DNA from: Eledone cirrhosa
Lineage: Eukaryota
Assembly (NCBI GenBank): GCA_964016885.1
Contig: OZ024764.1
Coordinates: 18,538,001 to 18,602,000 of the forward strand
Direction: 5' to 3'
DNA: 64,000 nt
Below, piece by piece: positions 53,801 through 64,000 of the stretch (position 1 is its first letter; each line of letters starts with the position of its first letter). A program made the translations under genes and the position numbers. The notes under the pieces were generated by a model. The model saw only the letters and a program-made list of their open reading frames with translations. It ran no database searches and was not told the origin of the DNA.

Positions 53801-56800
53801 ACAAAAAGTACCCAGTCCACACTGTAAAGTGGTCATGTAGGTGTCACAACAAACAGCACCCAGTCCACACTGTAAAGTGGTCATGTAGGTGTCACAACAA
53901 AAAGTACCTAGTCCACACTGTAAAGTGGTCATGTAGGTGTCACAACAAAAAGTACCCAGTCCACACTGTAATGTGGTCATGTAGGTGTCACAAGAAAAAG
54001 TACTCAGTCCACACTGTAAAGTGGTCATGTAGGTGTCATAACAAAAAGTGCCCAGTCCACACTGTAAAGTGGTTATGTAGGTGTCATAACCAAAAGTACC
54101 CAGTCTACACTGTAAAGTGGTCATGTAGGTGTCTCAACAAAAAGTACCCAGTCCACACTGTCAAGTGGTCATGTAGGTGTCACAACAAAAAGTACCCAGT
54201 CCACCCTGTAAAGTGGTCATGTAGGTGTCACAACAAAAAGTACCCAGTCCACCCTGTAAAGTGGTCATATAGGTGTCACAACAAAAAGTACCCAGTCCAC
54301 CCTGTAAAGTGGTCATGTATGTGTCACAACAAAAAGTACCCAGTCCACACTGTAAAGTGGTCATGTATGTGTCACAACAAAATGTACCCAGTCCACACTT
54401 TAAAGTGGTCATGTACGTGTCACACCAAAAAGTACCCAGTCCACACTGTAATGTGGTCATATAGGTGTCACAACAAAAAGTACCCAGTTCACACTGTAAA
54501 GTGGTCATGTAGGTGTCACAACAAAAAGTAACCTGTCCACAATGTAAAGTGGTCATGTAGGTGTCACAACAAAAAGTACCCAGTCCACACTGTAAAGTGG
54601 TCATGTAGGTGTCACGACAAAAAGTACCCAGTCCACACTGTAAAGTGGTCATGTAGATGTCACAACAAACCGCACCCAGTCCACACTGTAAAGTGGTCAT
54701 GTAGGTGTCACAACAAAAAGTACCTAGTCCACACTGTAAAGTGGTCATGTAGGTGTCACAACAAAAAGTACCCAGTCCACACTGTAATGTGGTCATGTAG
54801 GTGTCACAAGAAAAAGTACTCAGTCCACACTGTAAAGTGGTCATGTAGGTGTCATAACGAAAAGTACCCAGTCCACACTGTCAAGTGGTCATGTAGGTCT
54901 CACAACAAAAAGTACCTAGTCCACACTGTAAAGTGGTCATGTAGCTGTCACAACAAAAAGTACCCAGTCCACACTGTAATGTGGTCATGCAGGTTTCACA
55001 ACAAAAAGTACCCAGTCCACACTGTAATGTGATCATATAGGTGTCACAACAAAAAGTACCCAGTCCACACTGTAAAGTGGTCATGTAGGTGTCACAACAA
55101 AAAGTAACCAGTCCACACTGTAAAGTGGTCATGTGGGTGTCACAACAAAAAGTACCCAGTCCACACTGTAAAGTGGTCATGTAGGTGTCACAACAAAAAG
55201 TACCCAGTCCACACTGTAAAGTGGTCATGTAGGTGTCACGACAAAAAGTACCCAGTCCACACTGTAAAGTGGTCATGTAGGTGTCACAACAAACAGCACC
55301 CAGTCCACACTTTAAAGTGGTCATGTAGGTGTCACAACAAAAAGTACCTAGTCCACACTGTAAAGTGGTCATGTAGGTGTCACAACAAAAAGTACCCAGT
55401 CCACACTGTAATGTGGTCATGTAGGTGTCACAAGAAAAAGTACTCAGTCCACACTGTAAAGTGGTCATGTAGGTGTCATAACAAAAAGTGCCCAGTCCAC
55501 ACTGTAAAGTGGTTATGTAGGTGTCATAACCAAAAGTACCCAGTCTACACTGTAAAGTGGTCATGTAGGTGTCTCAACAAAAAGTACCCAGTCCACACTG
55601 TCAAGTGGTCATGTAGGTGTCACAACAAAAAGTACCTAGTCCACACTGTAAAGTGGTCATGTAGCTGTCACAACAAAAAGTACCCAGTCCACACTGTAAT
55701 GTGGTCATGCAGGTTTCACAACAAAAAGTACCCAGTCCACACTGTAATGTGGTCATATAGGTGTCACAACAAAAAGTACCCAGTCCACACTGTAAAGTGG
55801 ACATGTAGGTGTCATGACAAAAAGTACCCAGTCCACATTGTAAAGTGGTCATTTAGGTGTAACAACAAAAAGTACCCAGTCCACACTGTAAAGTGGTCAT
55901 GTAGGTGTCACAACAAAAAGTACCCAGTCCACACTGTAAAGTAGTCATGTAGGTGTCACAACAAAAAGTACCCAGTCCACACTGTAAAGTGGTCATGTAG
56001 GTGTCACAACAAAATATACCCAGTCCACACTGTAAAGTGGTCATGTAGGTGTCACAACAAAAAGTACCCAGTCCACACTGTAAAGTGGTCATGTAGGTGT
56101 CACAACAAAAAGTACCCAGTCCACCCTGTAAAGTGGTCATATAGGTGTCACAACAAAAAGTACCCAGTCCACCCTGTAAAGTGGTCATGTATGTGTCACA
56201 ACAAAAAGTACCCAGTCCACACTGTAAAGTTGTCATGTATGTGTCACAACAAAAAGTACCCAGTCCACACTTTAAAGTGGTCATGTAGGTGTCACAACAA
56301 AAAGTACCCAGTCCACACTGTAATGTGGTCATGCAGGTTTCACACCAAAAAGTACCCAGTCCACACTGTAATGTGGTCATATAGGTGTCACAACAAAAAG
56401 TACCCAGTCCACACTGTAAAGTGGTCATGTAGGTGTCACAACAAAAAGTAACCAGTCCACACTGTAAAGTGGTCATGTAGGTGTCACAACAAAAAGTACC
56501 CAGTCCACACTGTAAAGTGGTCATGTAGATGTCACAACAAACAGCACCCAGTCCACACTGTAAAGTGGTCATGTAGGTGTCACAACAAAAAGTACCTAGT
56601 CCACACTGTAAAGTGGTCATGTAGGTGTCACAACAAAAAGTACCCAGTCCACACTAATGTGGTCATGTAGGTTTCACAAGAAAAAGTACTCAGTCCACAC
56701 TGTAAAGTGGTCATGTAGGTGTCATAACGAAAAGTACCCAGTCCACACTGTAAAGTGGTTATGTAGGTGTCATAACCAAAATTACCCAGTCCACACTGTA

Positions 56801-59069
56801 AAGTGGTCATGTAGGTGTCTCAACAAAATGTACCGAGTCCACACTGTCAAGTGGTCATGTAGGTGTCACAACAAAAAGTACCTAGTCCACACTGTAAAGT
56901 GGTCATGTAGCTGTCACAACAAAAAGTACCCAGTCCACACTGTAATGTGGTCATGCAGGTTTCACAACAAAAAGTACCCAGTCCACACTGTAATGTGGTC
57001 ATATAGGTGTCACAACAAAAAGTACCCAGTCCACACTGTAAAGTGGTCATGTAGGTGTCACAACAAAAAGTACCCAGTCCACACTGTAAAGTGGACATGT
57101 AGGTGTCATGACAAAAAGTACCCAGTCCACATTGTAAAGTGGTCATGTAGGTGTCACAACAAAAAGTACCCAGTCCACACTGTAAAGTGGTCATGTAGGT
57201 GTCACAACAAAAAGTACCCAGTCCACCCTGTAAAGTGGTCATGTAGGTGTCACGACAAAAAGTATCTAGTCCACACTGTAAAGTGGTCGTGTAGGTGTCA
57301 CAACAAAAAGTACCCAGTCCACACTGTAAAGTGGTCATGTAGGTGTCACAACAAAAAGTAACCAGTCCACACTGTAAAGTGGTCATGTAGGTGTTACAAC
57401 AAACAGAACCTAGTCCACACTGTAAAGTGGTCATGTAGGTGTCACGACAAAAAGTACCCAGTCCACACTGTAAAGTGGTCATGTAGGTGTCACGACAAAA
57501 AGTACCCAGTCCACACTGTAAAGTCGTCATGTAGGTGTCACAACAAACAGCACCCAGTCCACACTGTAAAGTGGTCATGTAGGTGTCACAACAAAAAGTA
57601 CCTAGTCCACACTGTAAAGTGGTCATGTAGGTGTCACAACAAAAAGTACCCAGTCCACACTGTAATGTGGTCATGTAGGTGTCACAAGAAAAAGTACTCA
57701 GTCCACACTGTAAAGTGGTCATGTAGGTGTCATAACAAAAAGTACCCAGTCCACACTGTAAAGTGGTTATGTAGGTGTCATAACCAAAAGTACCCAGTCC
57801 ACACTGTAAAGTGGTCATGTAGGTGTCACAACAAAAAGTACCCAGTCCACACTGTCAAGTGGTCATGTAGGTGTCACAACAAAAAGTACCTAGTCCACAC
57901 TGTAAAGTGGTCATGTAGCTGTCACAACAAAAAGTACCCAGTCCACACTGTAATGTGGTCATGCAGGTTTCACAACAAAAAGTACCCAGTCCACACTGTA
58001 ATGTGGTCATATAGGTTTCACAACAAAAAGTACCCAGTCCACACTGTAAAGTGGTCATTTAGGTGTCACAACAAAAAGTACCCAGTCCACACTGTAAAGT
58101 GGACATGTAGGTGTCATGACAAAAAGTACCCAGTCCACATTGTAAAGTGGTCATGTAGGTGTCACAACAAAAAGTACCCAGTCCACACTTTAAAGTGGTC
58201 ATGTAGGTGTCACAACAAAAAGTACCCAGTCCACACTGTAAATTAGTCATGTAGGTGTCACAACAAAAAGTACCCAGTCCACACTGTAAAGTGGTCATGT
58301 AGGTGTCACAACAAAATATACCCAGTCCACACTGTAAAGTGGTCATGTAGGTGTCACAACAAAAAGTACCCAGTCCACACTGTAAAGTGGTCATGTAGGT
58401 GTTACAACAAAAAGTACCCAGTCCACCCTGTAAAGTGGTCATATAGGTGTCACAACAAAAAGTACCCAGTCCACCCTGTAAAGTGGTCATGTATGTGTCA
58501 CAACAAAAAGTACCCAGTCCACACTGTAAAGTGGTCATGTATGTGTCACAACAAAAAGTACCCAGTCCACACTTTAAAGTGGTCATGTAGGTGTCACAAC
58601 AAAAAGTACCCAGTCCACACTGTAATGTGATCATGCAGGTTTCACACCAAAAAGTACCCAGTCCACACTGTAATGTGGTCATGTAGGTGTCACAACAAAA
58701 AGTACCCAGTCCACACTGTAAAGTGGACATGTAGGTGTCACAACAAAAAGTACCCAGTCCACACTGTAAAGTGGTCATGTAGGTGTTACAACAAACAGAA
58801 CCTAGTCCACACTGTAAAGTGGTCATGTAGGTGTCACGACAAAAAGTACCCAGTCCACACTGTAAAGTGGTCATGTAGGTGTCACGACAAAAAGTACCCA
58901 GTCCACACTGTAAGGTGGTCATGTAGGTGTCACAACAAACAGCACCCAGTCCACACTGTAAAGTGGTCATGTAGGTGTCACAACAAAAAGTACCCAGTCC
59001 ACACTGTAAAGTGTTCATGTAGGTGTCACAACAAAAAGTACCCAGTCCACACTGTAATGTGGTCATGTA

Positions 59070-62000
59070 GGTGTCACAAGAAAAAGTACTCAGTCCACAC
59101 TGTAAAGTGGTCATGTAGGTGTCATAACGAAAAGTACCCAGTCCACACTGTAAAGTGGTTATGTAGGTGTCATAACCAAAAGTACCCAGTCCACACTGTA
59201 AAGTGGTCATGTAGGTGTCACAACAAAAAGTACCCAGTCCACACTGTCAAGTGGTCATGTAGGTCTCACAACAAAAAGTACCTAGTCCACACTGTAAAGT
59301 GGTCATGTAGCTGTCACAACAAAAAGTACCCAGTCCACACTGTAATGTGGTCATGCAGGTTTCACAACAAAAAGTACCCAGTCCACACTGTAATGTGATC
59401 ATATAGGTGTCACAACAAAAAGTACCCAGTCCACACTGTAAAGTGGTCATGTAGGTGTCACAACAAAAAGTAACCAGTCCACACTGTAAAGTGGTCATGT
59501 GGGTGTCACAACAAAAAGTACCCAGTCCACACTGTAAAGTGGTCATGTAGGTGTCACAACAAAAAGTACCCAGTCCACACTGTAAAGTGGTCATGTAGGT
59601 GTCACGACAAAAAGTACCCAGTCCACACTGTAAAGTGGTCATGTAGGTGTCACAACAAACAGCACCCAGTCCACACTGTAAAGTGGACATGTAGGTGTCA
59701 CAACAAAAAGTACCTAGTCCACACTGTAAAGTGGTCATGTAGGTGTCACAACAAAAAGTACCCAGTCCACACTGTAATGTGGTCATGTAGGTGTCACAAG
59801 AAAAAGTACTCAGTCCACACTGTAAAGTGGTCATGTAGGTGTCATAACAAAAAGTGCCCAGTCCACACTGTAAAGTGGTTATGTAGGTGTCATAACCAAA
59901 AGTACCCAGTCTACACTGTAAAGTGGTCATGTAGGTGTCTCAACAAAAAGTACCCAGTCCACACTGTCAAGTGGTCATGTAGGTGTCACAACAAAAAGTA
60001 CCTAGTCCACACTGTAAAGTGGTCATGTAGCTGTCACAACAAAAAGTACCCAGTCCACACTGTAATGTGGTCATGCAGGTTTCACAACAAAAAGTACCCA
60101 GTCCACACTGTAATGTGGTCATATAGGTGTCACAACAAAAAGTACCCAGTCCACACTGTAAAGTGGTCATGTAGGTGTCACAACAAAAAGTACCCAGTCC
60201 ACACTGTAAAGTGGACATGTAGGTGTCATGACAAAAAGTACCCAGTCCACATTGTAAAGTGGTCATGTAGGTGTCACAACAAAATATACCCAGTCTACAC
60301 TGTAAAGTGGTCATGTAGGTGTCACAACAAAAAGTACCCAGTCCACACTGTAAAGTGGTCATGTAGGTGTCACAACAAAAAGTACCCAGTCCACCCTGTA
60401 AAGTGGTCATATAGGTGTCACAACAAAAAGTACCCAGTCCACCCTGTAAAGTGGTCATGTATGTGTCACAACAAAAAGTACCCAGTCCACACTGTAAAGT
60501 GGTCATGTATGTGTCACAACAAAAAGTACCCAGTCCACACTTTAAAGTGGTCATGTAGGTGTCACAACAAAAAGTACCCAGTCCACACTGTAATGTGGTC
60601 ATGCAGGTTTCACACCAAAAAGTACCCAGTCCACACTGTAATGTGGTCATATAGGTGTCACAACAAAAAGTACCCAGTCCACACTGTAAAGTGGTCATGT
60701 AGGTGTCACAACAAAAAGTAACCAGTCCACACTGTAAAGTGGTCATGTAGGTGTCACAACAAAAAGTACACAGTCCACACTGTAAAGTGGTCATGTAGGT
60801 GTCACAACAAAAAGTACCCAGTCCACACTGTAAAGTGGTCATGTAGGTGTCACGACAAAAAGTACCCAGTCCACACTGTAAAGTGGTCATGTAGATGTCA
60901 CAACAAACAGCACCCAGTCCACACTGTAAAGTGGTCATGTAGGTGTCACAAGAAAAAGTACTCAGTCCACACTGTAAAGTGGTCATGTAGGTGTCATAAC
61001 GAAAAGTACCCAGTCCACACTGTAAAGTGGTTATGTAGGTGTCATAACCAAAAGTACCCAGTCCACACTGTAAAGTGGTCATGTAGGTGTCACAACAAAA
61101 AGTACCCAGTCCACACTGTCAAGTGGTCATGTAGGTCTCACAACAAAAAGTACCTAGTCCACACTGTAAAGTGGTCATGTAGCTGTCACAACAAAAAGTA
61201 CCCAGTCCACACTGTAATGTGGTCATGCAGGTTTCACAACAAAAAGTACCCAGTCCACACTGTAATGTGATCATATAGGTGTCACAACAAAAAGTACCCA
61301 GTCCACACTGTAAAGTGGTCATGTAGGTGTCACAACAAAAAGTAACCAGTCCACACTGTAAAGTGGTCATGTGGGTGTCACAACAAAAAGTACCCAGTCC
61401 ACACTGTAAAGTGGTCATGTAGGTGTCACAACAAAAAGTACCCAGTCCACACTGTAAAGTGGTCATGTAGGTGTCACGACAAAAAGTACCCAGTCCACAC
61501 TGTAAAGTGGTCATGTAGGTGTCACAACAAACAGCACCCAGTCCACACTGTAAAGTGGTCATGTAGGTGTCACAACAAAAAGTACCTAGTCCACACTGTA
61601 AAGTGGTCATGTAGGTGTCACAACAAAAAGTACCCAGTCCACACTGTAATGTGGTCATGTAGGTGTCACAAGAAAAAGTACTCAGTCCACACTGTAAAGT
61701 GGTCATGTAGGTGTCATAACAAAAAGTGCCCAGTCCACACTGTAAAGTGGTTATGTAGGTGTCATAACCAAAAGTACCCAGTCTACACTGTAAAGTGGTC
61801 ATGTAGGTGTCTCAACAAAAAGTACCCAGTCCACACTGTCAAGTGGTCATGTAGGTGTCACAACAAAAAGTACCTAGTCCACACTGTAAAGTGGTCATGT
61901 AGCTGTCACAACAAAAAGTACCCAGTCCACACTGTAATGTGGTCATGCAGGTTTCACAACAAAAAGTACCCAGTCCACACTGTAATGTGGTCATATAGGT

Positions 62001-62800
62001 GTCACAACAAAAAGTACCCAGTCCACACTGTAAAGTGGTCATGTAGGTGTCACAACAAAAAGTACCCAGTCCACACTGTAAAGTGGACATGTAGGTGTCA
62101 TGACAAAAAGTACCCAGTCCACATTGTAAAGTGGTCATGTAGGTGTCACAACAAAATATACCCAGTCTACACTGTAAAGTGGTCATGTAGGTGTCACAAC
62201 AAAAAGTACCCAGTCCACACTGTAAAGTGGTCATGTAGGTGTCACAACAAAAAGTACCCAGTCCACCCTGTAAAGTGGTCATATAGGTGTCACAACAAAA
62301 AGTACCCAGTCCACCCTGTAAAGTGGTCATGTATGTGTCACAACAAAAAGTACCCAGTCCACACTGTAAAGTGGTCATGTATGTGTCACAACAAAAAGTA
62401 CCCAGTCCACACTTTAAAGTGGTCATGTAGGTGTCACAACAAAAAGTACCCAGTCCACACTGTAATGTGGTCATGCAGGTTTCACACCAAAAAGTACCCA
62501 GTCCACACTGTAATGTGGTCATATAGGTGTCACAACAAAAAGTACCCAGTCCACACTGTAAAGTGGTCATGTAGGTGTCACAACAAAAAGTAACCAGTCC
62601 ACACTGTAAAGTGGTCATGTAGGTGTCACAACAAAAAGTACACAGTCCACACTGTAAAGTGGTCATGTAGGTGTCACAACAAAAAGTACCCAGTCCACAC
62701 TGTAAAGTGGTCATGTAGGTGTCACGACAAAAAGTACCCAGTCCACACTGTAAAGTGGTCATGTAGATGTCACAACAAACAGCACCCAGTCCACACTGTA
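59070..62800. repeat. Tandem duplication of a 39-monomer block, offset 1,872 bp
   Basis: Pairs 59247/61119, 59777/61649 (matching 314-aa translations) and 59967/61839. Shared TGTGATC, ATGTGGGT and ATATACCCAGTCTAC variants. Confidence 0.85.
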
Positions 62801-64000
62801 AAGTGGTCATGTAGGTGTCACAACAAAAAGTACCTAGTCCACACTGTAAAGTGGTCATGTAGGTGTCACAACAAAAAGTACCCAGTCCACACTAATGTGG
62901 TCATGTAGGTTTCACAAGAAAAAGTACTCAGTCCACACTGTAAAGTGGTCATGTAAGTGTCATAACGAAAAGTACCCAGTCCACACTGTAAAGTGGTTAT
63001 GTAGGTGTCATAACCAAAATTACCCAGTCCACACTGTAAAGTGGTCATGTAGGTGTCTCAACAAAATGTACCCAGTCCACACTGTCAAGTGGTCATGTAG
63101 GTGTCACAACAAAAAGTACCTAGTCCACACTGTAAAGTGGTCATGTAGCTGTCACAACAAAAAGTACCCAGTCCACACTGTAATGTGGTCATGCAGGTTT
63201 CACAACAAAAAGTACCCAGTCCACACTGTAATGTGGTCATATAGGTGTCACAACAAAAAGTACCCAGTCCACACTGTAAAGTGGTCATGTAGGTGTCACA
63301 ACAAAAAGTACCCAGTCCACACTGTAAAGTGGACATGTAGGTGTCATGACAAAAAGTACCCAGTCCACATTGTGAAGTGGTCATGTAGGTGTCACAACAA
63401 AAAGTACCCAGTCCACACTGTAAAGTGGTCATGTAGGTGTCACAACAAAAAGTACCCAGTCCACCCTGTAAAGTGGTCATGTAGGTGTCACGACAAAAAG
63501 TATCTAGTCCACACTGTAAAGTGGTCGTGTAGGTGTCACAACAAAAAGTACCCAGTCCACACTGTAAAGTGGTCATGTAGGTGTCACAACAAAAAGTACC
63601 CAGTCCACACTGTAAAGTGGTCATGTAGGTGTTACAACAAACAGAACCTAGTCCACACTGTAAAGTGGTCATGTAGGTGTCACGACAAAAAGTACCCAGT
63701 CCACACTGTAAAGTGGTCATGTAGGTGTCACGACAAAAAGTACCCAGTCCACACTGTAAAGTGGTCATGTAGGTGTCACAACAAACAGCACCCAGTCCAC
63801 ACTGTAAAGTGGTCATGTAGGTGTCACAACAAAAAGTACCTAGTCCACACTGTAAAGTGGTCATGTAGGTGTCACAACAAAAAGTACCCAGTCCACACTG
63901 TAATGTGGTCATGTAGGTGTCACAAGAAAAAGTACTCAGTCCACACTGTAAAGTGGTCATGTAGGTGTCATAACAAAAAGTACCCAGTCCACACTGTAAA
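61100..64000. repeat. Copy related to ~54860-57760 at offset 6,238 bp (130x48-2)
   Basis: Pairs 54881/61119, 55601/61839, 56628/62866 and 56847/63085. Shared private 2-bp deletion CACTAATGTGG (~56652/~62890), CAAAATTACC and GTATCTAG. Confidence 0.75.

Larger units (their letters stand above)
1..64000. repeat. 48-bp tandem satellite/minisatellite array, about 1,330 head-to-tail copies; consensus GTGTCACAACAAAAAGTACCCAGTCCACACTGTAAAGTGGTCATGTAG
   Basis: The same 48-mer recurs from the first to the last line, usually with 0-3 substitutions per copy and rare indels. No inversion or non-repeat insertion was seen. The ORF track shows a 16-aa periodicity throughout. Both window edges fall inside monomers. 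Confidence 0.99.
27900..64000. repeat. Right array sub-domain (variant family R) built on a 15-monomer (720 bp) higher-order repeat and longer derivatives
   Basis: Variants seen only here: ACTTTAAAG (from ~28631), TAGATGTC (from ~27976), GGTCTCAC (from ~29130), GTCTCAAC (from ~29757), CATAACGAA, and GTAACCTGTCCACAATG. The TGTCAAG marker is spaced exactly 720 bp in 11 intervals. Confidence 0.85.

Noticed and set aside
1-64000. CRISPR array
   Set aside because: No unique spacers: the entire 48 bp is repeated. No cas genes or leader are present.
1-64000. Satellite-encoded hammerhead ribozyme, tRNA/SINE-derived or 5S-type repeat
   Set aside because: No CTGANGA plus GAAA core with flanking helices on either strand, no recognisable Pol III A/B boxes, and only 4-6 bp stems.
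1-64000. Telomeric repeat, G-quadruplex array or CENP-B box
   Set aside because: No TTAGGG-like unit, only one G3 run per monomer on the minus strand, and no TTCG....A..CGGG motif since the consensus has no CpG.
1-64000. Protected invariant box within the monomer, or a hypervariable cassette as in antigenic variation or diversity-generating systems
   Set aside because: Recurrent variants occur at most of the 48 positions and are inherited in blocks, as expected from mutation plus duplication. No associated enzyme or expression site is visible.
1-64000. Synthetic or purely artefactual concatemer
   Set aside because: Hierarchically shared substitutions and indels fit natural array evolution rather than random read error, though individual block copy numbers still need read support.

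Overview
The whole 64-kb window is one uninterrupted, single-orientation tandem satellite array of about 1,330 copies of a 48-bp monomer. The consensus is GTGTCACAACAAAAAGTACCCAGTCCACACTGTAAAGTGGTCATGTAG (44% GC, no CpG). I see no genuine genes, RNA genes, transposons, CRISPR spacers or unique sequence, and both array ends lie outside the window. All listed ORFs are translations of the monomer. Because 48 is a multiple of 3 and two of the six frames lack stops, the repeat reads as WSCRCHNKKYPVHTVK on + and MTTLQCGLGTFCCDTY on -, and these frames are broken by recurring stops and frameshifts. The information lies in the order of monomer variants: an ordered variant cassette recurring about 53 times, a 15-monomer (720 bp) higher-order repeat in the right half, nested recent block duplications of 1.5-10.8 kb offset, and two sub-domains with different diagnostic variants (transition about 23.4-28 kb). 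More speculative points are an RSS-like heptamer/22-24 bp spacer/nonamer layout in the monomer, an 8-bp direct duplication resembling a transposon footprint, and a CpG-decay series. The source looks like eukaryotic heterochromatin, but that is inference. Block boundaries were set by eye and are accurate to about 1-2 monomers.
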